Source of the DNA: Candidatus Poribacteria bacterium
Lineage (GTDB): Bacteria; Poribacteria; WGA-4E; WGA-3G
Reading direction: 5' to 3'
NCBI GenBank assembly: GCA_964291315.2
Contig: OZ219753.1
Coordinates: 544,001-608,000 of the forward strand
Length of the DNA stretch: 64,000 nucleotides
In this document: one piece after another, positions 9,566-19,000 of the stretch
Position numbering within the stretch: position 1 is the stretch's first letter
Layout: the number at the start of each line of letters is the position of its first letter
The notes under the pieces: generated by a model
The model's input: the letters and a program-made list of their open reading frames with translations, nothing else
Databases searched by the model: none
Told to the model about the DNA's origin: nothing
Made by a program: the position numbers and the translations under genes

Positions 9566-10900
9566 TTATTCAAGCGAGAGTTCTACCTCAATCTGTTTTC
9601 CATTTCGGAGAAGTCTTACGGGTAAAGTCTTTGCTTGTGGAACATCTTGTAGTACATAAGCGATAATCCCGCTCTCGGTTAACCGATCGGTGCGATCACC
9701 GTAACCAACCACAATATCGGCCCGACGGATGCCTGCCCTTTGGGCATTCGTCTCTCTACCTGAACGGCGCGACCGCCGGCCGACTGTCTCAACGCTCAGA
9801 GCCATTTCGGTCTCACCTAAACCTTTGCGTTGACGCTCGGCATCAGATAGGTCCTGAAGTACCATCCCGCCAAGCGCCACAAGCCGCAACTCACCAGTCG
9901 TTGTACGCCAAGAGATGTCACTTCCCCTCCGCCAACCCGAATGGAGAGTCAGACCCAGATTTATTTCTTCACCGTGACGATCGACTTTTGCTAGTACTGT
10001 CGTGTTTTCCGGGGCACGATGTAACACCCACTGCACATCCGCAACTGAAATAATCGGCTGCCCATCAAGCGTGAGAATTTCGTCTGCGCGACGAAATCCA
10101 TCTTTCTCCGCAGAAGATCCAGATACAACTTTGGTGATTTTCGCGCGATGCTTTGGTGAGAAATACAATCCTAAAACATCTGGCATCGGAAATGGATATA
10201 GCACTTCGTCTGGAACGGATTTCCTGTCATACCAGTGGATCTCCCGCTGCGCCTCTCCGATTTGATGGCAGTGGATGCACTGCCGGTCAATTTCACTGCT
10301 AAAGTCCAAAGTCGCGGAATAGCGCAGCAACGTCGGAAACGCCTCCGGCGTTTTCTTTGCCGGCTCAGGTCCAGTTTTTGCACCTAAAGATGCCTTGTTT
10401 TTCGGATATTCTTTGTGCAAGGCAAGAACGGCTTCAAGCGCCTGTTTGAAACCTTCAATCGAAATATCTTTCGCGGCGTTCTCATATTCAGCGCGCGTGC
10501 CAAAACGCCCATAGAGGGTCTTATCGGCATTCATGAAAAACACCGCGAAGGTGAGATCATAATCGAATTGGAACAGCGATAGATCCATACCGTTGCCTTG
10601 CACTATACGGACGCGCACAAACTGATCCATGAGCTCTTTTATCTGTTTATCGTGACGAACAACCTGTTCATCGAAGCCCTGGCACGACTCTCACGGCACT
10701 CACCGAAAAACGATGAGTAAAGGTTGACCTGTTTTTTCCGCTACACCAATCCCTTTAGCGAGGTCATTGTAGATCCAGTAGCCGGTCGCCGCAACTGATT
10801 CTATGTCTTCTGCAACCTCCCTGTCACCGTGTCCAAAACAGAAAAATACAGATAACAATAGGATACTAAGGATTATACCGGACATCTGATACTTCATCAA
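9566..10900 (-). CDS. thioredoxin-like (Trx7)/PDZ domain selenoprotein, ~444 aa, with two in-frame UGA (Sec) codons
   Basis: Track ORFs 10700..10900 and 9566..10630 are in frame and read LLIVFR-TGA-VP-TGA-ESCQGFDEQVVRHDKQIKELMDQF; the TGAs occupy the Cys positions of a thioredoxin CxxC; also CIHCH and two PDZ-like segments. Confidence 0.85.
10650..10687 (-). promoter_or_regulatory. candidate bacterial SECIS element
   Basis: Minus-strand GAUGAAC-AGGUU-GUUCGUC hairpin (10654-10672) with possible lower stem UCGUG/CACGA, immediately 3' of the two UGA codons. Confidence 0.6.
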
Positions 10901-11006
10901 AATATGCTCCTTTCATTTTTTTTTTTTTTGATTTTTTGGGCAATAACGATACGCCGGGTCAGACGTAGTGTAAACCCAACTCATTTTGAAAATTGTTCCG
11001 CGCAAA

Positions 11007-11612
11007 TTAGAGCGGAAATCTTTCGTTAATTAACATGAGCGGCGCTCCAGCCGCGAACACTCGATACGCACGACTGATAAACGTCTCGCCGTCAAGATGC
11101 TCGACAGCCGATGGCAGTCCGGTTAAAGTCTCGATACCGCACCAAAGCAGCTCACGCCGAGTCTCTAAACCACTGCACCGCAAAAGCCCACCTAACCCGT
11201 GTTTGTCAGATGTTAATCTCTCCAAAACGAATTGCGGCAGACGGTGCGGCACAAGGAGTGATGTTGCATACGTCTGAATTGTCGGCGATGCCCCCAATTT
11301 CGGGTAAGTCTGGAGAACGACTTGACGTAAAATAATCTCCGCGCCGGCAGGGAGTTGAAGCCCAGTGTGCTCGGTGGATAGTGTCTGCCTCGTCTGTTGT
11401 AGCAGCACTACCTCCACCGCAGTGAATGTATACGCTTCAATGAAACGGGTAACCGTCCCATCCGTAACCAGCAACCCCCGTTGAAAGGCAGTGAGGCATG
11501 CAAGATCGATCTCTTTTACGTTTTCGGGTTTGGCATCCTGGGCGACAAAGAGGGACTTCATACGTGTATTGACACACGTTCCCAAGCGTTTATTGATGGT
11601 GTCTATTTTCAT
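11007..11612 (-). CDS. chorismate pyruvate-lyase-like protein (Rv2949c/DUF98 type)
   Basis: FQRGLLVTDGTVTRFIEAY…RQVVL…YATS…LGGLL…RAY…PLMLINERFP pattern. Confidence 0.7.
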   Translation of the reverse strand: MKIDTINKRLGTCVNTRMKSLFVAQDAKPENVKEIDLACLTAFQRGLLVTDGTVTRFIEAYTFTAVEVVLLQQTRQTLSTEHTGLQLPAGAEIILRQVVLQTYPKLGASPTIQTYATSLLVPHRLPQFVLERLTSDKHGLGGLLRCSGLETRRELLWCGIETLTGLPSAVEHLDGETFISRAYRVFAAGAPLMLINERFPL

Positions 11613-11898
11613 GATGAACGTTCTCTTTTCGTTAGGCGAAGTTAGATATATCTTTTTAAATGATGAATAATCACTAGATCTCTTTTTTCTTAAGGTGTAC
11701 TGGTACAGACAAAATTATCTGCAGCTTCACACACTTAAATCTACATTAATTTAGACGCTTGATTCTGAAAAAGGTTCGTTTCCGCACAAATGGAGCGTAA
11801 TATCAGCTTGACTAATGCCGTTTAACTGCCGTATACTATTTCCGCTAGCGCAGTTTGCAACCCTAACACTCTTCCATACTATAGGAGCCTCTTTCCAA

Positions 11899-12762
11899 AT
11901 GCCCAAAATTTTAAACTGCTCTATCTCTCTTTTCTTGATCATTTTGCTTTATTTGTTCTTTAGTTCCGAGGCGATATCGGAGGAACTTCCGTTATCCATC
12001 GGAAGATATCTCGCCGCGCACGGAAATTATGATGCCGCCGTTACTGAGTATAAACGTTTTCTTTTTTTCCATCCAGAGGATGCCCGTGTTGGAGAGGTAT
12101 ATCGCAATATCGGGCTCGCTTACAGGGCACAAGGCTTGTGGACGGAGGCAATCACCGCATTGAGAATAGCAACACAGCACGCCACAGATGATGAATCAAA
12201 GTCAGAATATCAATTGCTACTTGCAGTAACACTCATCGCTATGCAGGATTACGACCTTGCCCAATTGGAATTGATTAAAGTGATGCTGCGCAGTCCATCC
12301 GCATCGCTTTACCGCAGAGCGTTATTTTTGAGAGCCGTCGTCTATATCTACCAGTTCCGATGGAATGAGGCACGCACACTCCTAGAAAACTGGAAAACTG
12401 ATGAAAAACTGGATCGACTTTTTGATGCAGCGATGAATACGCCTCAGAAGTCAACTGATGTGGCAAAGAGGTTATCGACCGTTTTCCCTGGGGCAGGACA
12501 AACCTACGCTGGTAATTGGCACAGCGGGTTAAACGCACTACTATTAAACAGCACACTTGGTCTCCTTACCGTTGATGCTGCGGTAGACAAGCGCTATGCT
12601 GATGCTCTATTATGGGGCGGACTTGCTTTCTGGCGTTATTATCGAGGAAACACCTTTCGCGCCGAACAAGCAGCACTACAGTTCAATCAACAACGAATTG
12701 AACAAGCCGCGGAAGCGATCTTACAGCGCCTTCAAGAAATCGCTAATGCCCCGCAACAGTGA
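11899..12762 (+). CDS. TPR protein with C-terminal hydrophobic domain, paralog of 4481..5422
   Basis: AGGAG RBS at 11883 before ATG 11899; signal peptide, GNYDAAVTEYKRFLFF TPR, LSTVFPGAGQTYAG motif. Confidence 0.7.
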   Translation: MPKILNCSISLFLIILLYLFFSSEAISEELPLSIGRYLAAHGNYDAAVTEYKRFLFFHPEDARVGEVYRNIGLAYRAQGLWTEAITALRIATQHATDDESKSEYQLLLAVTLIAMQDYDLAQLELIKVMLRSPSASLYRRALFLRAVVYIYQFRWNEARTLLENWKTDEKLDRLFDAAMNTPQKSTDVAKRLSTVFPGAGQTYAGNWHSGLNALLLNSTLGLLTVDAAVDKRYADALLWGGLAFWRYYRGNTFRAEQAALQFNQQRIEQAAEAILQRLQEIANAPQQ

Positions 12763-12902
12763 AATAGGAACTCTTCCTATTTTCTTGTAGCAACAAGTCC
12801 TACTCGTGACTTTCTAGAGATTACAATGTTTTACCATTCAGAAGACTGCCTCCTGCTGTTAGGGATCATCTCACCTTCGAGGCCTTCCTTGAAGGGCGAC
12901 TC

Positions 12903-14807
12903 CTAAGCCCGTTCTACCTCCGAACGTTTCTGGGCAATATAGACCGCTGCAACAAGCATTAGAGAAAGAACAAACGTCCAGATATTGTAGATATAGGCGA
13001 GAAACGCTGCAAGGGCAAGCATTACCCATTCATACCAATGCATCTTTCGGACGAAGTAACCCATTGTCACAATTGAAAAGATCGCCGTCCCCACAACCGC
13101 GCTTACCACAGACAGCATGTATTGCGTAAATGTGCCATCTGTAAATAGAATGTGTGTATATGCAAATAACAGCGGCATGATGTAAAGTAGTTTAGCGAAC
13201 TTAAAACATGCCCACCCTGTCTTCCACGGATCAGCACGCGCAATAGCAGCCCCCGCATAGGCGCTAAGAGCAACCGGAGGTGTTATGTTTGAATCTTGAC
13301 TCAACCAGAAGATAATCAGATGCGCGGCGATGACAGATATGCCCATCTCAGGTGTCGTTAAAATCGGTACTGCAAGCTCAGAGGTAATTAAGTACGCAGC
13401 CGTGACAGGGATACCCATACCTAGCACTAAGGAGGCACCGGCGAGAAATAGAATCGCGACGGTCTTATTGGTACCCGCAACACTTAACACTAGCTCGGGG
13501 AATATCCGGCCCAAGCCCGTTAAGTCAATAACTGCAACGATAATACCAATAGTGCCAACTGCACCGCCTATTGCCAGCGAATTCTTCGCCCCGCCTACCA
13601 TCGCTTCCCATATCCGCTTTGGCGTTAATCTTGTGTCTGGACGGATATAACTCACTGCAATCGTGACCAGAATCGCGAAAAAAGCTGCTTTGTAGGCAGT
13701 ATATCCGGCAATGAGCATCCCGATCAGAGTGAACAAAGGCAGTAAATAGAACCAATCCTGCTTAAGCAGTAGAAAAAATCTCGGTGTTTCTGTTTCAGGT
13801 ATGCGATCAAGTCCCTCTTTCTTCGCTTCAAAGTGAACCATCAACCAAACAGATAGAAAATAGAGGGCTGCTGGCACGATAGACAAGAGTGCAATTTGAC
13901 TGTATGGCAGCCCAGTTCGCTCCGCAATCAGAAACGCACCTGCCCCCATCACCGGCGGTAAAAACTGCCCGCCTACAGAAGCAGATGCCTCGATCGCACC
14001 AGCGACATGTGCGCGGAAACCTGTCCGTTTCATCAGCGGAATGGTGAACGTTCCCGTCGCAACAGTATTCGCAATCGCGCTCCCTGCAACCGAACCAAAA
14101 AAACCGGAGGTCATCACAGAAACCTTCGCAGCACCGCCTATGGAACGACCAGCGATGGACATCGGCAGGTTGATAAAGAACTGACCAACACCCGATTTTT
14201 CCAGAAATGCTCCGAAAAAAATAAAGAGAATCACGTATGTTGCCATTACGTTTGCCATGATGCCGAAAACACCGGCCTGATTGAAAAAGCAGTGCTCAAC
14301 AATACGGCGCACTGTAAAACCCTTGTGGGCAAATGCATCAGGCACGTACCTGCCGAAGAGGGCGTATAAGATACCTATCACAGCGATAATAGGTAATGCC
14401 CACCCTACGGTTCGACGACTCACCTCAAAACTTATCACGATCGCGACAGTCCCCACGAAAATATCGAGTCGGCTGTAATTACCAGCTCGGGTGGCAAGCT
14501 CTGGATACTCTACAATCCAATATCCGATGGTAAAAATGCTACAGATGATGAGCGTGAGATCTAACAAAGAAGGCCGAGCTGACGGCGAAACTTGCCGACA
14601 CACGTACAGCACCCCAATCAGCACGTGGGTAAGGAGCAGATAGACACCGATGTGATACTGTTCACTAGCACTTCCAAAACCTGCACTATAGAGGTAAAAA
14701 AGAACGAGGCAAGCTGCACCAACCTCAAATATCCATCTGTATACAGGTTTCAAGTCTGTTCGCTGCGTCTTGAGACCCGTAACCTCTCCTGTTTCTGATT
14801 GTCTCAT
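12903..14807 (-). CDS. TRAP transporter fused permease (4TM/12TM, TAXI-associated type)
   Basis: GSAIANTVATGTFTIPLMK, ASVGGQFLPPVMGAGAF, LGMGIP and ITPPVAL motifs; start set at MRQSETG. Confidence 0.9.
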   Translation of the reverse strand: MRQSETGEVTGLKTQRTDLKPVYRWIFEVGAACLVLFYLYSAGFGSASEQYHIGVYLLLTHVLIGVLYVCRQVSPSARPSLLDLTLIICSIFTIGYWIVEYPELATRAGNYSRLDIFVGTVAIVISFEVSRRTVGWALPIIAVIGILYALFGRYVPDAFAHKGFTVRRIVEHCFFNQAGVFGIMANVMATYVILFIFFGAFLEKSGVGQFFINLPMSIAGRSIGGAAKVSVMTSGFFGSVAGSAIANTVATGTFTIPLMKRTGFRAHVAGAIEASASVGGQFLPPVMGAGAFLIAERTGLPYSQIALLSIVPAALYFLSVWLMVHFEAKKEGLDRIPETETPRFFLLLKQDWFYLLPLFTLIGMLIAGYTAYKAAFFAILVTIAVSYIRPDTRLTPKRIWEAMVGGAKNSLAIGGAVGTIGIIVAVIDLTGLGRIFPELVLSVAGTNKTVAILFLAGASLVLGMGIPVTAAYLITSELAVPILTTPEMGISVIAAHLIIFWLSQDSNITPPVALSAYAGAAIARADPWKTGWACFKFAKLLYIMPLLFAYTHILFTDGTFTQYMLSVVSAVVGTAIFSIVTMGYFVRKMHWYEWVMLALAAFLAYIYNIWTFVLSLMLVAAVYIAQKRSEVERA

Positions 14808-15008
14808 TCTGCCCCCAACATAATCGCTTTTTCTGATATGCAAAAACATTTGCCTATTTTGCAGAAATATGATACAATATACATAAGAGAACTCCACTTG
14901 GAGAAAATATAATAAAATTATTATACCAAAGCGGTTCTCTTTAGACAAAGAAAACAGTCAGATATTTATCAAACTCATATTAATTTGAAAAAAAAAAATT
15001 AAAAAAAC

Positions 15009-15038
15009 TTGACAAATTAAATGGGTTTGTGGTATCAT
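15009..15038 (+). promoter_or_regulatory. sigma70-type promoter with A-tract UP element
   Basis: TTGACA-18 nt-TATCAT with TG extension, preceded by A tracts at 14988-15007. Confidence 0.55.
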
Positions 15039-15202
15039 TAACTATGTGTTAGCTGGAAAAGCAGGTAAAATGTAAATAACCTGCTTAAAGATGAGAAATA
15101 TAATGGACAACACGGTTATGACCGGAAGTCCACTTTAGTAGATTCCCACCCCTACTTCGGTGAAGGTAGATGGGGAAAAACGCAACAGAGGAGTACTTTC
15201 CA

Positions 15203-15841
15203 ATGAAAACGTATGTGACGATCCCGAAACTCGTCATCGCAGTGCTCGCTATTGTCGCCTGCAGCTTCACGCCGCACGCTTGGAGTAAGGCACAAACTAG
15301 CTTTAATAGTCCCTCGGCTACGCTGCAAGTAGAAGCAGACCGGCAATTTATCACAGAACCCGAGGCGAAACCGACAGCACCCGGCAGATTGGCGAAACCT
15401 CACGGGACAGTGGGCTTACAATTTATCACAGAGCCCGAGGCGAAACCCGCGGAACCAGGCGAGCTGGAGCCTGCCCTTGTGCGTGCCAGACAACAAGAGC
15501 TAGCAGATCGCCTGCTTTTGCTATCTGAAAAGCAGCTGGCGGTTCCGAAGCAGTCGGCATTGCTGACAAACTATCCGAACCCGTTCAACCCCGAGACCTG
15601 GATCCCGTACGATCTTGCAGATGCTGCTGAAGTCAAAGTGTCCATTTATGCGGCAGATGGCAGCTTAGTTCGGACGCTCTCCTTAGGGCACCAAGTAGCA
15701 GGTGTCTACCAGAGCAAGTCTCGTGCAGCGTATTGGGACGGGCGCAACGACGCGGGTGAGTCTGTTGCAAGTGGACTCTATTTCTATACGCTTGAAGCAG
15801 GTTCCTTCGCTGCAACCCGTAAAATGTTGATAATGAAGTAG
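15203..15841 (+). CDS. small secreted protein: signal peptide, short repeat linker and T9SS type A-like/FlgD-Ig C-terminal domain
   Basis: GAGGAG RBS; signal peptide; LLTNYPNPFNPETWIPY…WDGRN…SGLYFY…TRKMLIMK C-terminus; QFITEPEAKP duplicated. Confidence 0.8.
   Translation: MKTYVTIPKLVIAVLAIVACSFTPHAWSKAQTSFNSPSATLQVEADRQFITEPEAKPTAPGRLAKPHGTVGLQFITEPEAKPAEPGELEPALVRARQQELADRLLLLSEKQLAVPKQSALLTNYPNPFNPETWIPYDLADAAEVKVSIYAADGSLVRTLSLGHQVAGVYQSKSRAAYWDGRNDAGESVASGLYFYTLEAGSFAATRKMLIMK
15344..15447 (+). repeat. intragenic 29-bp direct repeat
   Basis: caatttatcacaga(a/g)cccgaggcgaaacc at 15344-15372 and 15419-15447. Confidence 0.85.
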
Positions 15842-15936
15842 TTAAGAATAACGTGAGTTTAATTATAGGGAGGCTCTTTGTTGGTTAGCGAGAGCTTTTG
15901 CAGAGTCGAATGGATTATACTGCAAGCGTTGCAGAG

Positions 15937-15963
15937 GCACAGATGGACAGTCTATGCTACAAG
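15937..15963 (+). repeat. REP-like palindromic element (GTAG family)
   Basis: gcacagatggacagtctatgctacaag matches the reverse complement of 26934-26960 at 24 of 27 positions. Confidence 0.6.
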
Positions 15964-16052
15964 TCCCTTGCAGATGCACCTTGCAGGTTATGGGACAAAA
16001 GAGTCTCCCTATATGTTTTTTCAAAGTCATGTTAGGCCTAAGGAGGCATAAA

Positions 16053-19000
16053 ATGCGAAGAACATTAGTGGTTCTCTCTGTGCTTGCCGCGTTTATGTTT
16101 GCGAGCGTCCCGTTCGCAGCGGCAGAATGGCAAGAGAACCTGGTAACCAATAACACGCTCAAAGCGCTCTATGTGATCAAGAGCACTTGGCGGGCAGCGG
16201 ATGATAACAAAGGTATCCCCGCAGGGTTCTTGACCCGCGGCTCATACCGCATCCTGCCCGGGAAGTCCAAGTTGTTCTATTCCTGGGACACCAACAGCAT
16301 CTATTTCCGTATTTCAAACGCAGAGCATGCGATAAAAGCGAACAGCGGCACGACGGCTTTTGCGTTCTGGGCTCATCCGAATCGCGCCTTCCGCGTTGTC
16401 TCACAGACGCTCGATACCTCTGTGACAACGGGTCAGCTGCTTTACTCTGATCGTTCGCCGGATCAGTTGGCTCAATTGGAGGGATTTGTCAGCTATACGG
16501 GTGGCTCCGAAGTGGTTGTCACTCCGGAGTGGGTGTTGCTAGATGGGCAGCCGACTGCTCCGCCAAATGACGAGCTCGGAGACGATGGCGGGTCGCCCGT
16601 TGAAGATGTTGCTCCGCCTGCGTGGGTAGAGAACATCGTAAGAAATGAGCGGGAAGAAGAGATATATGTTGTCTTTGCCACCTGGAAGGTTGAGAAGCCG
16701 AGGAAGGGGTGGCCTGAAGGGTTTCGGACGCGTGGCAGCTATCGTATCCCTCCGGGTAAAGGTAGAGTGTTTCATTCGTGGGAGGATAACGAGTCTTTTT
16801 TCCACATATCAAACGCGGATGGTGCGTTAAAACCGGAGAGCAGCAGTGGCACCTTCGAGTTCTGGGTTCATCCGAATAAGAAGTTTCGTATTGTGTCGGG
16901 TCAGTTCGAGAATGGTGTAACGCAGGAGGAGCTGCTGTATTCGGATCGTGCGAAGGAGGAGTTAGAGCACTCGGACGGCTTTATGTTATACGAGACCGGG
17001 GATAGTGGTGCTGAAGTGGTCGTTACTTCTGACTGGGTGTCGGTGTCTACTCTCCCACCTCCTCCGCCTCCTCCCGCTCCCGCCGTTCCTGAAGGTATGG
17101 TCTTGATCCCCGCTGGCACCTTCCAGATGGGTGCGCCCGGTACTTTTGAAAGCCCTGTTCATTCTGTTACTTTAGATGCGTTTTATATGGATACGCATGA
17201 AGTGACGAACACGGAATACGCTGCGTTCCTCAATGCAAAGGGCAAACATACCGATGGAAATAATACCTGGATCCGTCTTAGCGGTTCCAATAATAGTGTG
17301 AAGATTAGGTTATCCAATGGTAGATATACGCCGGTAGCGGCCTATGCAAATCATCCAGTTGCTCATGTGAGTTGGTATGGTGCGATGGCGTATGCGGAGT
17401 GGGCAGGTAAGCGGCTGCCGACGGGGGCAGAGTGGGAGTATGCTGCACGCGGCGGCTTAGTCGGTCAGACATACCCCTGGGGCAACGACGGCAATAATTC
17501 CCAGAATCGTGCCAACATGCGCTTCGGGTTTAAGTATGACTCCATGCCAGTCGGCAGTTATGCAGCCAACGGCTACGGATTGTATGATATGGCAGGGAAT
17601 CATCAGGAGCTGTGTTTAGACACCTACACCGCCTATTCGAGCGGGGCAAAGACGAACCCTGTGAGAGGTGCGACCAGTATCCAAGCACTATTGGCTAGCT
17701 ATAAAACGGCTAAAGGTGCTCGCGAGGTTCGTGGGGGGCACTGGGATTCCAGTCTTCCGGGCATTAAGGTTCATTATCGCCAGGGCATCAAGATCGGCGG
17801 TGATAACTCCGTCACCGGTTTCCGTTGTGTGAAGCCTGTATCTAGCCCCTCTACGAACAGTAACGATAACGATGCTGTCGAGACAACCCCGACACCTGTC
17901 GAGACAACCCCGACACCTGTTGTAACACCTGTCGAGACACCTGCAGGCATGGTCTTGATTCCCGCTGGCACCTTCCAGATGGGCGGGTCCGGTTTTGAAT
18001 CTCCCGTTCATTCTGTTACTTTAAATGCGTTTTATATGGATGCACATGAAGTGACAAACACGGAATACGCTGCGTTCCTCAATGCAAAGAGGAAACATGC
18101 CGATGCAGGGAAGACCTGGATCTATCTCAGTGGTAACAATAATAGGGTGAAGATTAGGTTATCAAGCGGTACGTATACAGTGAAAGCGGGTTATGGAAAT
18201 CACCCCGTTGCTCATGTGAGTTGGTATGGTGCGATGGCGTATGCGGAATGGGCAGGCAAGCGGCTGCCGACGGGGGCAGAGTGGGAGTATGCTGCACGCG
18301 GCGGCTTAGCCGGACAGACATACCCCTGGGGCAACGACGGAAATAGTCTCGGGAATCGTGCCAACATGCGCTTCGGGTTTAAGTGGGATTCCATGCCAGT
18401 CGGCAGTTATACGGGCAACGGCTACGGGTTGTATGATATGGCAGGGAATCATCAGGAGTTGTGTTTAGACACCTACACCGCCTATTCAAGTGGTGCCAAG
18501 ACGAATCCCCTGAGGGATGCTAACAGTAGTATCCAAGCGCTATTGGCTAACTATTTAGCGGCTACAGGTACCCGTGAGGTTCGTGGGGGTCACTATGATT
18601 CCAGTGGTGGAGACATTGCGGTTTATGCTCGCCGGGGCATCATGATCGGAGGTTCTAACTCCGTGACCGGTTTCCGTTGTGTTATACCTATCGCCCCTGC
18701 TAACAATAACAACAATGATGGGGAGTCCCAGGCCCAGGCACCTGTTCAGACACCTGTCAAGGTGCCTGTCAAGAAAACCCCGACACCTGTTGTAACACCT
18801 GTTGTGACACCCACGCTACCGCCGGGCATGGCGCTGATCCCCGCTGGCACGTTTAAGATGGGCAGCACCACGGGCGATGCGGATGAACGCCCTGTTCACA
18901 CTGTCACTTTAGATGCGTTTTATATGGATACACATGAAGTGACGAACACACAGTTCGCGGCATTCCTTACTGCAAAGGGCAAACACATCGACGCAGGGAA

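Noticed and set aside
17877-17945. CRISPR-like repeats
   Set aside because: In-frame tandem repeats encoding VETTPTP linkers, with no spacers or cas genes; no CRISPR array seen anywhere in the window
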